Source of the DNA: Squalus acanthias
Taxonomy: Eukaryota
Assembly (NCBI GenBank): GCA_030390025.1
Contig: CM059432.1
Location: forward strand, 62,808,001 to 62,872,000
DNA: 64,000 nt
Direction: 5' to 3'
Both the position numbers and the translations under genes were made by a program. Positions 41,113-53,659 of this stretch are shown here, one piece after another. The notes under the pieces are model-generated. The model searched no databases, was not told the DNA's origin, and saw only the letters and a program-made list of their open reading frames with translations. Numbering within the stretch: the first letter of the stretch is position 1; each line of letters begins with the position of its first letter.

Positions 41113-43639
41113 GCACTTAAGGACTTGTAAATTACATTTTAGAATCATACATTAAGCTTTCAGGCTGTCCCTTTAAATAAGTTTGTTTTTAAAGGCACAG
41201 CCAATCAAACCGAAATATCCATTCTATATGGGCACAATTACGATTCAGTGCATTTCCAATGTAAAGGCTGAGAAATAGCATTGATGTCCAAATATGGTCA
41301 CTTCTGTTTGCTGCCATTCAGCCTGAGCCACTGGTCTAAGCACGCAGTGTTCATCTGATGTAAAAGGAACCTCCCTCTTCTGGCGCACTTGCTGAAAATT
41401 AGAGTGCCTTGTTGCTTGCGTGACCACTTCTAGACTTGTCTGGAAATTTCTGTGCTTCTCCTTTGCAACCTAAAATAACAATGGCCTTTAAACTAGTGCA
41501 AGCCTTTAAGAAATAGAGGCAGGCAATGTATTAATAGTTGGTTGTGTGCTAATGCTGCTCGAAAGGAGGTTCCAGCTGTAAATCAAAATTCTGAAGTCCT
41601 ACGCGTGTATTGTAATTGTCGAAAAGTAAATAACATTTATTAACCCCCACAGGAATTTATTAAACTTATCCAAAGAAAGAGGCAAGAAAGAGGGACTTTA
41701 ATGTCCAACAGTTCAAAATAATCATAAAGGCTCAGTCCCACCAAAAAAACATTAACTTGGTCAGAAATCAGAACAGTAATGTTGTCCCAAAAGGAATCCC
41801 TCATTCTCAGAATCACAGATATCTGGTAAGTTTAAAATACATTTTCTCTTTTTGTGCAATCTCCCAATACAATAAAAGTAGTGGGAAAATGCTATAAATT
41901 TTAATTTTGAGGGCAAGAAAAGTCCAGGGGACACTTCTGAATCAAACCATACTCGTGGGATAATGGTGGCTGGAAATCCACAACTCTCCACCAAGATAAC
42001 TGCAACAGAGTAGGAATCGTGCCCCGCTGGCGGACTTTGAACCTGACCCTGCTGGAATATCTGATCCCGCATCAAGTTCCGTTTATTTATTGCTCCTGTC
42101 TCCGCTGACCTACATTGGCTTCTAGTCCCTCAACACCTTAACTTTAAAATTCTCATCCTCATCCCTCCCTGTCTCTGATACCTCTTGTATTCCTACAACC
42201 TGTGCTGTGCTTTCAGCCGCCTAGGCCCCACACTCTAGAATTCTCTCCCTAACCCCCACTAACTCTCCAGCTCCTTCTTTACCTTTAAGACCCTCCTTAA
42301 AACCTACTCCTTTGACCAAGGTATGATCACCCTTTCTAATATTTCCTTGTTTGGCTGGGTGCTCATTTTCCTTACGTCTTGGGACAGTTTGCTTCATTAA
42401 ATGCGCTCTATAAGTGCAAGGTGTTGTTATTTACAATTGGTACAAACAACAGTGGAGACGAAAAAGCACATCCATGGAACTCCACCGCCCAAAGACGGAG
42501 CCTTTTCTATTGATCATCAGCTTCTGCTTTCTATTGGCAAGCAATTTTCAATCCAGGGAACTAATGTGGCATTAATTTTATGAGTATTAATCTACTCTAA
42601 GACCTCTGTAAGACACCCACATATACCTCATCACACTGTATCAAAATAACGGAGGAAAAACAGTCATTTGAACACCAGAACTAATGAGGAAAAAAAAATC
42701 TGCACATTCACACATCTGGGGAGTGCTTCAAAAAGCACAACATGCTATAGTGCACTGACATCATAATCGACAGACAGAATAAACAGCAGCACATTTATAT
42801 GGCACCAAATGTAATTACTGAGATTTTACTGACTTCCATGAATTAAAAACATTTCAAAAGAGCTACTGAGGTAAAAAAATCACTGGCATTTTCAAGTAGA
42901 TAAAACCCCAGTCATTTTTATTGACCTATTACTGGCTTCTCCAGCTATTTTTTGTTCATATTGTAAAACTATTTTACTGACTTCTTAGAGTAATACTACT
43001 TTCCCAGAGCCAGGATGTCTGTATTTTAAATGTAAAATGTGAATGGAAGCACACACACACAGTCTTATGCTCTCTACTTCTGTGGGAACCCTGCAGAGGA
43101 ATGAGTGATGTTTTCTGTAGTCCAGTTAAACAAGTATATTTTAATGTGTTCTTCAGCTCCAAGCAGAACCCATATATTACTAGTTCTGGGCAAGCCCATG
43201 TGCTGTGAGGCTCCCTGTCTTTCTAGAATCATACTGGACAGGTATGGAGATGTTTTAGAGATGTCACAAAGCAAATCAAGTTATCAACTGAATCAATCCA
43301 GTCACCTCGGTCCTTTGCACCTGACTCCAAATAAGAAAGCTGTTTTCTGGTATCAGGCTGAAGGTGCTCCTCACTTTTTTACACATTTCTTGTGAAGCCC
43401 ATCAAGCACAGCACAAACCTAAGTTGAGAACTACTGCATTGTGAATGAGGTACCCTTTGAAGCATTGTACCCAACAGTTGCCCTTTTGAGCATTCTCTTA
43501 TTGAGCCAAAGTTGCACGGCACAATTTTCCTACAAGTAGAGGTGACAGCTGAGGAAAAAAGTTTTTTTTCCTCTGGGGTCAGCAGCGTAGACACAGAGGA
43601 TAGCCCTGCTCTAAGAGCAATCCATCCAATGTTTCTTTC

Positions 43640-44400
43640 CATTTAAATAATGTGGGCACTGTAGACTGGCGCATAATGAAAATCTCATGACTGCTTCTTG
43701 CCACCACGACCTGCTTCTGCTCACTTGTGCTGGGTCTTGTACCAAGTGCAGACCTCTCTAACTCAGTGTCCAACCCACCCGGGCTGCCGATCTGCAGGTA
43801 CGCGGCATGGATGGGACGAGTGACAGTGCATCCTCAGGAGGTTTGTCCTCCTATGATATAAATCCTCCAATGTGTCTTCTTCATGGTCTTGCTGCTGCAG
43901 AGAACCTAGAGAAAAGGGACAAGTGATAGCATAGCAGTGATAGACTAGAGAGTAGCAGATGACAGGCTTCACAATGCAGCTTGAAGTTGTCAAGCTGGCT
44001 GAATGCGCGATTTCTTGAAGTTCATAAAGGGGTACAAGTAATAGGCAGACTCCCTGCTCAAAGAAGCCGCAGGCCTCACTAGTTCCAATTCCCATTGCTC
44101 TTGGTCACTGATTTCCAGTGCTTCCTGTTCTATCTGGGTGAGTGCCATGATGCTGGGTGTTCCTCCCCTGGTTTTACTCTTCTTCCTTAGGCCATTGAAG
44201 CATTTCCTGCATTGAATCCAGGTCCTGGGGTTATTGCCCCTGGAACTCACAAGCTCAGCCACCTCTTTCCAGGTCTGCTGGATGTAGGAATCATCTTCCC
44301 ATTCGTGGGAAAGAGAATGCCCCTCCATGACCTCAACTCTTCCACCAGTACCTGATGGTGGCATCAGAGAAATTGGGGGCAGCTTGCGACTGAGTTGGAA
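43640..44400 (-). mobile_element. Old Harbinger relic (Myb/SANT and transposase remnants)
   Basis: WKEVAELVSSRGNNPRTWIQCRKCFNGL and ARSSHEIFIMRQSTVP. Confidence 0.65.
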
Positions 44401-46532
44401 GAATCAACTCATTGCAGCAGTATTAGGCAGAATCTGGCAGAACCTCTCTTTAAGAGGTGCATTTACACATTATACAGGCCTCCGGAGGCCTGCTGGAAAT
44501 TCCGCCCTAAAAGTGGGTGGGCAGCTAGATCCCAATACAATCGGGTGGAAAGCCCGCCAATCAGTTGCAAATGGGACCTAGGAGTTAAAAACAACCAGGA
44601 CTTAAATTAGTAGTGTCGGACGGGTTTGACCTCCGCCTGCCCGAAACCCATTTCCAGTTAAAATTTCCGTTGTTGTCTCTAGGTCATCCTGTAGCAGATG
44701 ATACAAGTCTGTCCTTTTCAACAGATACGGTAGACTTAAGGTCACCAGGTATGTGTAGAGGGGTCTATAAACACAGATCCCAGGATAATAATGAGTGCAG
44801 GCAAAACATCTTCTGGCATCTGCATTTGTTGTCTTCTCATAAATACATCAGCCTCAATTAAATCATGCATGCCCATGAGAATCCCCAAGGGAATTTCCAT
44901 CCTCCCACTTTAAATGGCAGCAACAATCAAGAATAATGAAGAAAAGTATTAGCAGACAAGAAATAAAAACTGCAAAATTGGCATACTACCCAGCAAAACC
45001 AACTAATGCATCCAACAAAATGCAGCAAAATCTAATTGCAAACACAAAAATAACAAATACCTTTAACAATAATCTGCTTTTAAGAAAAAAATCTATTTGA
45101 GCAGGCCAGGCCCCAGGATTTCTGATGTACCCATATGGGTGAGGTGTGCGTATGTGTGACAGTTGAGTGTCATCCAATGTCATTAAATTTGGCGTGGGAT
45201 CTAATTTAAATGAAAGCTGCATCTAAATGAGTCTTCATTCTAGTTTCCGAATTCGTATGCCAGCAAAACCTTGTAAAATCGGGCTCTGATATATACAAAA
45301 ATAAATAAGGCATGCACATAAAGTTAGCAGTCATATTTAAGGTTCCAAGTTTCCCCCATGTCACATATGATTGCCTATCTGAAAAGGCAACCTGCTCCAG
45401 ATCTCTGCTGATGCAATGTCTGCTTTAATACTTTTATCAGTAATGTCTAGTATTGTTTATATATTATACTACACAGACCTATCCCTTCACAAAAAGCAGT
45501 ACCCTTTTTGCTTGTATCATCAATATTGCACATACCTGACAAGACCCATCATGTGGCTTGTTCTTAGAACGGGAGTTTACAGAGGAATCTTAGGTTTCCT
45601 ATATTAGAAAGAGAGTCCAATATCTTCACCTGGGTTAAAGCACAGCTGACCAACACCTTATTTATTTATTTTCCCCTAGAGGTAGTGCTGCCTCTGATTG
45701 CAACGTTAAATTGCTTTTGGGGAAGGTAACATAGCAACCTCATAGGGGTCAGCAAAAGTATTTTTTGCTTTCAGTCACTTTTCTGTTGTTCCAGTTACTG
45801 AAAAGGTTCTGCTGTAGAAGTTAAAAAAATTGGGAACCAATTGACAGAGTAAGATTTTCCAGAGCCTAAAATATCTACCTACTGAAAGTATCTGCAATTC
45901 TGCACAATGTCCACCTCTCCTTGGGTGGAATTCTCTTCCCCAAAAGGCTGTGGATGCTGCTTCAGTTGAAATTTTCAATACTGATATCAATATATTTTTG
46001 TTGGGTGAGAGTATCAAGGGATAGGGAGCAAAGGTGGGTAAATGGAGTTGAGGGACAGATCAGCCATGTTCTGATTGAATGGCATAACAGGCTTGAGAGG
46101 CTGATTGGCCTACTCCTCTTCCTATGTTCCTATTACATCACCTCTACAGATATTTTCTAAATGAAAAACTGGAGCAATGGCAGAAATGTAAGGAATTATA
46201 GAACGCGAGGCCGATTTCGGTCTGCTATGGTAATAGGGCAGCCATTGTAATTGCGACGCCCATCCGATCGAAGCAGCGGCCGCTTTGAGGTAGCTCGCTG
46301 GTTGAGGAGGGCAGGAAATTGTCCAGTTTCTAATCTGAGATGACTTACAGTATGGAGCTGGGGGAGGCGATCCTGGAAGGTGGGGGTTGGGGGTGGGGTG
46401 GTGCACAGGGACTGGTAGTTGGCCGATGTATTATTGTGGGGCCAGGAGGAGCACCTGCTGCTCCTTGTAGCCCCACAAAAATGAAATAATTTTTGTCAGG
46501 TTATTTTTGGAGCAACCTCCAGTGGTCCCTTT

Positions 46533-46708
46533 AAAGAAAGAAAGACTTGCATTTATATAGCGCCTTTCACGACCTCAGGACATCCCAAAGCGCTTTACAG
46601 CCAATGAAGTACTTTTTTTTGAAGTGCAGTCACTGTTGCAATGCAGGAAACATGGCAGCCAATTTGCGCCCACAAACAGCAATGTGATAATGACCAGATA
46701 ACCTTTTT
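46533..46708 (-). mobile_element. DeuSINE 3' fragment with L2-like tail
   Basis: AAGAAAGACTTGCATTTATATAGCGCCTTTCACG matches the left end of the SINE at 58597-58995. Confidence 0.7.
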
Positions 46709-46985
46709 AGGGATTTGTAAGTTGTTGCTTGATTAAGTGGTAAAAGCTGTGAGCTAGATGCTGATTAAGCAGTTGTAGCTTGTTTGACTCTCAAAAGGTA
46801 TATATTAGGCACTAGTTTGCAAAAGCACAGAGCTTGGAGGCAGAGCTGGGTGAATCGCAATCGGAGTGGGTTGCAAGCAGAGCGGAAGAATTTGGTGATA
46901 GTAGGAATTTGGTGGAGAGCAGGAAGGCAGTTTCTCACGTCCAACTCAAAAGGAGGAGTGGAGCCACAAAACACGAGGACTCTAA

Positions 46986-47878
46986 GGGGGAAAAATTCAG
47001 TCGCGCCCCGTTTGGGGCGCAAATATCGTCCGGGCGCAAAGATTAGCGCCTGGCGCTAATTATCGCCACTGACTGGAAACTTCACTTTTAACGCCCCGGG
47101 AGGTGATTGGAGCGCTAAATCAGGCGCTGCACACCTGTCTTAAGGCGCAAAGGCCGAGGAGTGAGGCGCTAACTCAGAGCGCTGGCGAAGCTCATGTAAT
47201 GTCAGTCAGCAATGGAACACACACACAATGGCACGGGCCAGTTCTTAAAGGGGATGGTTGATCTTGCTTTCCATCCACATCCTGCTCATTGCAGCCTTGA
47301 ATCTCGGCCTGGAGAGACCTGCACATCAAATCTGCTGGAAAGAACAATGGAGAGTACCAGGCAAAGAGCTCAGAGTGCAGCCCCCACAGTCTCTTCTAAA
47401 TCGATACAAGGAAGGGCAAATCAAAATGAACCTGCAAAGTGCTGCTCAGTACCCAAAACTCCTTCACACAACGTTGAATCTCTCCAGAAGTCTCTCTCAC
47501 TCTCTCTCAGAATGCGTAGTTCAAAAATGGCACCAACAATAAAAGGCAGGAAGCGGTCACCTTTAAATAGCGCTCCCCCTTTCCCTTCATGACAGAAGAA
47601 CGCTCCTATCAACCTGTCGTTGCTAGTGTCAGGCGGTAAGGCAGGGGGCGCCACTCAATATCCGCTCCGGGGCGATACCGGGGCGTTGCACACTCGTCTG
47701 ACGTCACGATCTGCCGGCGCAGGAGATCGTGGCGGTAGTGTTTAGCGTCGCCGCAAAATCTCTAGTTAATTTCGCGAGCGGCGCAAACCTCGCCGCGCCC
47801 GGGCGCTAGCTGCTTTGCGCCCCATTAGCGCCCTCTTAAGGCGCTAACGGGAGGCACAACCAACTGAATTTTTCCCCC
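46986..47878. mobile_element. Non-autonomous Harbinger, 893 bp
   Basis: TIRs GGGGGAAAAATTCAG / CTGAATTTTTCCCCC with TSD TAA. Sister copy of 35302-36194. Confidence 0.95.
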
Positions 47879-48258
47879 TAAGTTAAGTATCTAGATATCT
47901 AGGGGTAGAAATTAGGTCGCGCCCCATTTGGGGCGCAAATATCGTCCGGACGCAAATATTAGCGCCTGGCGCTAATTATCGGCACTGACAGGAAACTTCA
48001 CTTTTACCGCCCCGGGAGGTGAGTGGAGCGCTAAAGCAGGCGCTGCACACCTCTCTTAAGGCGCAAAGGCCAAGGAGTGAGGCGCTAACTCAGCGCACGA
48101 GCGCAGCACAGCTGCTGCCAGTTAGCGAGGGAACACAGACACACTGGCGCCGGACACTTCTTAAAGCGGGGGGGGCCACTTGCTCCCCAGCCACACCCTG
48201 CTCATTGCAGCCTTGAATCTCAGCCTGGAGAGACCTGTAATCCATTTTGCTGCCAAGC

Positions 48259-50136
48259 ATGGAGAGGGTGAGAGAACGCGCTCATCGCTTCACCGAGTGG
48301 GCCTTGGATGCTCTGGTTGACGCAGTGGAGCGCAGACGATGCATGCTGTTCCCGGAGAGTGGCAGGAGGCCTTTGCCACGCGAGTTCAGAAGAGTGTGGA
48401 GGGAGGTGGCTCAGAGCGTCTCCTCCAGGAGCATGGTGCCCAGGACCCATGTTCAATGCCGCAAAAAGTTCAACGACCTCACTCGGGTCGTCAGGGTGAG
48501 TGGCTTTTTCTCAATACCTCTCCATCCCTCCATCTCAACCTCACTCTATGGCCAGAGGGTCTTAAAACCCCAATGCACAACACTCATCCAACACCTATGG
48601 CCCTTTCATCAAACACACACACACATTCCACACTTTGCATACAGTAAGGGCTATTCACCTATGGGAGGCACATCAGGCAAGACCATGGCTGTATATTGTA
48701 AGGGCTATTCACCTATGGGAGGCACATCAGGCAAGACCATGGCTGTATATTGTAAGGGCTATTCACCTATGGGAGGCACATCAGGCAAGACCATGGCTGT
48801 ATATTTACTCAGATGCTGTCCTTTTTCTTGCAGGCTAAGCTGGCTCATAATCGGAGACAGCAGCAACGGATGGGTGGAGGGCGGCTTCAGCTGCAACCCC
48901 TCAGCGATCTGGAGGAGCGCGTCCACAGGATTGTGGCAAGCCGGGTGATCGGTCCCGTCGCCACTGGAGACGCCGACCCCGTTGTGGACAGCAATGGTAA
49001 GGTCATCACCTTTTTGTCCTCTGTCCTTCCACTTGTCCCTCACAATACCAGCCTTTGACACTTTCAATCCAACTTGCTAACTCGCTGCACTTATTCCTCC
49101 CTTACTGCCACCCTGTCCTCACGCTAAAGCCACTCTTGTACCTCCCTGCTTTCAGATGGTGATTCACCAGCTGAGGAGACGGGCCCTGAAGCTGCCACTG
49201 GGAGTGATGCTGCAGCTGAGGAGGAAGAGGAAGCCGGAGCATCAGTGCCACCCTCTCCCGAGGAAGCCCATGCCCACACTGGGAACACGCCTTCCCCGGA
49301 GGGGAGCAGGGGGGAAGGGGCTGATGATGGTGAAGCTCCAGGACCCAGCGGGCTGCAGCAACGCCATGGGGGGGGGTAGGGAAGAACGGGGGCCTTCTCT
49401 CCAGAGGGAGAGTATGCCAGACACTCCTACTGCAATGGACGCAGAGGAGGAGCGGCTGATTGCAGAAATGAACACCCAGGCGGTGGGCATGCACACTGAG
49501 CTCATGGGTGCAGTGGGAAGGGTGCCCGATTGCATTGAGTCACTGGCAAGGAGTGTGGAGCACTTCGCTGTAGCACAGGCGGATGCCACACTAACGCTTA
49601 GTGCTGCAATTCAGTCACTGGCTGCCGTGATCCCACCTCTGACTGCTCTCATACAGACTCAGATGGAGGCCACGCGAGCACAGACTGCTGCCAACCTCGA
49701 TGGTTCGTGCACATGTCCCCGGGGCTGTCACCGCGCTGCAGCAGGCCAGCAATCTGTTCTCCGGCAAATTGCTCCGGATGCTGAAGTGCTGCCCCGTGGG
49801 AGTGCCAGTGTGTCGGGCGAGCAGGGAGTTGCTGGCCTCTCTCACGATGACAGCATTCCTGCTGCCAACACTGTCACTTCTCCACTGCACTTGCCACCGC
49901 CTGTAGGACAGACTGCTGCCGCCCATGCAGAGTTGGTGCAGTCTGCAGCCGGGCCCTCCAGGCCCAGAAGTGGTCGAGGCCGTCCTTCAGGGGCATCTGC
50001 AGTGTCAGGGTCTGACGAGCAGCAGCCTTCCACCAGCCTTGCTGCAGCCACTGAGGTCCCATTACGGAGGAGCAGTAGGGTTAGAAGGGGGGAAGTGCGC
50101 AAGGGAAGGAGATCACCCTCGAAGGGCAAAAAGTAG
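48259..50136 (+). CDS. Harbinger Myb/SANT-like DNA-binding protein, 3 exons (48259-48495, 48834-48996, 49156-50136); G9 run at 49368-49376 shifts frame
   Basis: MERVRERAHRFTEWALDALV..VWREVAQSV..QCRKKFNDL. Donors AGG|GTGAGT and ATG|GTAAGG; acceptors TTGCAG and TTTCAG. Basic C-terminus. Confidence 0.85.
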
Positions 50137-50332
50137 GAGGTGTGCCAAAATGCTGGTCATTTTTTTATTAAAGGCCGAGGTTCATGGTCCAACTTTTGTT
50201 TAGTGTTTTGGACATTATCTCCAGGTTGTGAGAACCAGTTATGTTATTGACTGTTTTTTTGTGTTTATTTCTATGAGTTTGTCATGAGGAATTGACACAC
50301 ACAGAGTTTGTAAAATAAATAAGTTTCTGTAT

Positions 50333-51313
50333 TCAAAATATACATGGCTGGTGGTTGGAATTATTGGTGCCTTGCTCAGGCGAGTACTGCAGGGCTCCTC
50401 CGGAATGGTCCAGACAGCGGAACCGTTGTTTCAGCACGCCGATTGTGCGCTCAATAATGTTCCTGGTTGCTTGATGGCTTTCATTGTACCGCAGCTCAGC
50501 AGGGGTGTTTGGCGTACGGAGCGGTGTCATCAGCCAGGTGCTCAATGCGTACCCCTTGTCCCCCAGAAGCCAACCAACTGGCTGATGCGGTGCCTCGAAA
50601 ACTTCTGCCACAGTAGTCTGGCGCAGGATGAAAGCATCGTGGCAGCTGCCCGGATAGTGGGCATTGACAGCGAGTATCACCTGTCTGTGGTCACAGACCA
50701 ACTGCACATTCAAGGAATGGAACCCCTTTCTGTTCCTGAATTCCTCTGCATTCTCTCGCGGAGCACGCAAAGCCACATGCGTGCAGTCAATGGCGCCCTG
50801 CACCATGGGGAAGCCCGCTACCCTCGCAAAGCCCAGAGCACGGTCACGCTGCTTATCTGGGGTCATAGGGAAAGAGATGAAGTCTCGTCTCCTTCTGAAG
50901 AGGGCATTGGTGACCTGCCGGATGCAGCGATGCACCGCAAACTGGGAGATATTGGCGAGGTCCCCAACAGCAGCTTGGAATGAGCCAGTGGCGTAGAAGT
51001 TCAAAGCCACTGTGACCTTCACTGCCACCGACAGAGACGTCCTGGACCTCAGCTGAGGCTGCAGATCTGGCTGCAGCAGGTGGCAGAGCTCAGTGACCAC
51101 CTCCTTGCTGAATCGCAGCCTTCGCAAACACAGCTCCTCGGACATATGGATGTAGGAGAGCTGTTCACGATATACCCTGGGAGGGTAAGCTCTCCTGTAC
51201 ATGCGCCTGATGGCCCTCCTCCGTCTGGCCATCATTGCCACTCTCTGTCTGCGTCTCAGTATCCTCTGATTCAGCTGGAGCAGGACGACGCCCCCAATCA
51301 TTGCAGCCCCCAT
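50333..51313 (-). CDS. Harbinger DDE transposase (326 aa; native C-terminus deleted)
   Basis: Uninterrupted ORF with IDCTH, GDKGY and IERTIGVLKQRF. Lacks the CCMLHN and acidic tail seen in the other two copies. Confidence 0.95.
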   Translation of the reverse strand: MGAAMIGGVVLLQLNQRILRRRQRVAMMARRRRAIRRMYRRAYPPRVYREQLSYIHMSEELCLRRLRFSKEVVTELCHLLQPDLQPQLRSRTSLSVAVKVTVALNFYATGSFQAAVGDLANISQFAVHRCIRQVTNALFRRRRDFISFPMTPDKQRDRALGFARVAGFPMVQGAIDCTHVALRAPRENAEEFRNRKGFHSLNVQLVCDHRQVILAVNAHYPGSCHDAFILRQTTVAEVFEAPHQPVGWLLGDKGYALSTWLMTPLRTPNTPAELRYNESHQATRNIIERTIGVLKQRFRCLDHSGGALQYSPEQGTNNSNHQPCIF

Positions 51314-52347
51314 ATTCTCTTCGCCAGAAAAGTAATGAGGTACAGCAACTAAAGTAGCAACAAAGTTAGGATGAACTAGGCAAAACTACCTCACAAAGCG
51401 TTGAGTCAATGTAGAAGTCTCTCTCTCTCTCTCTCCGAATCTCTCTCTCTCTCTCAGAACGAGTGGTGCATAAATGTCGACCACAGAAAAAGACACGAAG
51501 AGGCCCCCTTTAAATAGCGCCCCCCCCAGCCCCACACCGATTGATAACGTTCCAGTCTTCCGGTCGTTGGAAGCGCCAGGCGGTAAGGCAGGGGGCGCCA
51601 CTCAATTTCCGCTCCGGGGCGCCCCAAGGGCGTTGCACCATGGAATGACGTCACAATCTGCGCGCGCAGGTGGTCGCAGCGGTAAGTTTTAGCGCCGCCG
51701 CACAATCTCAAGTTAAGTTCTCGAGCGGCGCAAACAGCGCTGCGCCCGGGCGTTAGCGGCTTAACGCCCCATTAGCGCCCTCTTAAGGCGCTAACGGGAG
51801 GCGCAACCAAGTGAATTTTTACCCCCTAATATTTAGGTTCTTTGGGGGAGAAATTCAGTATCATAGTGCCTCCAGTTAGCACCTGGCGGGGGCGCTAACG
51901 GGGCGCTGAGGCAGTAGCACCACGGCGAGGCGAATCCAGTGACGCATGTCAAATCCAGCCCCCCCATAATGCCGCCACTACAAGTTAGCACCGGGGACTT
52001 CAACGCCAGGCAGATCGTGACGTCAGTGAATGTGCAATGCTCACTGGGCGCCCGATCTGCAAAATTCATTGTCGCCTCCTGCCTTAGCACCTCGCCCTGA
52101 CAGCTACAGGGAGAGGAGGTGTAAAGCAGTCGGTAGACGGCTCCAGGGGCGCTACTTAAAGGGATCATAAGTAATGAGTCACAGCTCTCAGGTTAGTGCT
52201 GTTTCACTGCTTCCTTGTCAGTTTGACATTGTGCAACAGTTTAATTCAGTCATTTAAAGGTTGATTAGTCTCCGGAGTGTTGTGGCTACTAAAAATTAGT
52301 TATATTTATTCTCACAACATATCAAAGTGCTACACTTGGTTACATTA

Positions 52348-53495
52348 ATGGGGTCTGTACTGGCAGTCGACCTCGCCCTCCAGGATCTACAGTGGAGGGA
52401 GCGGAGGCAGCGAGAAAGATTGGAACATGTGCCCAGAGGGAGGAGGAGGGCCATACCCTTCGAAGGTATTCCTACCTTCAATGAAGCGAGGAGCAGTGTA
52501 TTAGGAGGCTCTGCTTCACCAAGGAGGTGGTCACAGAACTCTGCCACCTCCTGCAACCAGACCTCGAGCCTCAGATCAGGACGAGGACGGCTCTCTCAGA
52601 GGCAGTCAAGGTCACTGCCGCTCTCAGTTTCTTCGGTGGTGGATCCTTCCAGTGTGCAACAGGAGATATAGCTAACATCTCGCTGTTTGCCGTCCATCAC
52701 TGCATCCGGGAGGTCACAGAGATTCTCTACAGTAGGAGAAGGGACTACATTTCCTTCCCCATCACTAGAGAGAAACAGGACGAGCGTGCATGTGGCTTTG
52801 CTAGGATAGCGGGATTCCCCATGGTGCAGGGTGCCATTGATTGCACCCACGTGGCTTTGTGGGCACCGCCTGACAATCCTGACATCTTCCGTAACTGCAA
52901 AGGCTACCACTCACTTAATGTGCAGTTGGTGTGCGACCACGCCCAGCGAATCCTCACCGTCAATGCCCACTATCCTGGCAGCAGCCACGATACCTTCATC
53001 CTGTGCCAGACTGGTGTGCCAGCACTCTTCCAGCCACCACATCAAGCTCGCAGCTGGCTGGTCGGAGACAAGGGCTACCCGCTCTCCACCTGGCTCATGA
53101 CTCCCTTCGCAACCCCAACACTCCTGCCCAGCACTCATATAATTAAGCCATGCTGCCACCAGGAACATCATCGAGCAGACAATCGGGGTGCTCAAGCAAT
53201 GGTTCCACTGCCTTGACCGCTCGGGAGGAGCCCTCCAGTACTTGGCTGAGCGGGTGTCCCATTTTGTTGTCGTCTGCTGCATGCTGCACAATTTGGCCGT
53301 CATGAGGGCCCAGCCCTTGCCACCAGGGATTGTGGGACCACCTCAGGAGGAGGAAGAGGGAGAGGAGGAGGACGAGGAAGAAGATGAGGAGATGAGGAGG
53401 AGGAGGAGGAACAGGAGCGAGGGAGGAGGCAGCCACTCAATCGGCCTTCCGGAAGGGCAGTCCGTGACCGCCTCATCAGACTGCGGTTCCAATAA
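52348..53495 (+). pseudogene. Harbinger transposase, frameshifted
   Basis: QGAIDCTH, VGDKGY, CCMLHN and an acidic tail, spread across three frames. Confidence 0.93.
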
Positions 53496-53659
53496 ATTAA
53501 ACACCAGATCCCCGTTGCTCACCACATCCCCATCATTCCATCCCATCGCAGGTCATTTCACAGCGCAAAGCTGAAATGAGACACACCACAAAATAATTCA
53601 AATTGAATCAATAAATTTATCAATAATCAGTTAGCACATATTTACAACAACAATATTAA

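Larger units (their letters stand above)
47902..51825. mobile_element. Two-gene PIF/Harbinger transposon, 3924 bp, nearly intact
   Basis: TIRs GGGGTAGAAATT / AATTTTTACCCC with TSD CTA. Convergent genes. Confidence 0.95.

Noticed and set aside
49156..50136. Stand-alone 326-aa novel protein
   Set aside because: It is exon 3 of the Myb gene. Its first ~70 aa are an off-frame reading caused by the G-run.
50351..50983. 210-aa antisense ORF over the transposase
   Set aside because: Shadow ORF of GC-rich coding sequence; broken in the sister copies.
50333..51313. Host HARBI1 gene
   Set aside because: It lies inside TIRs/TSD with decayed paralogues nearby, so it is a transposon copy and not the domesticated gene.
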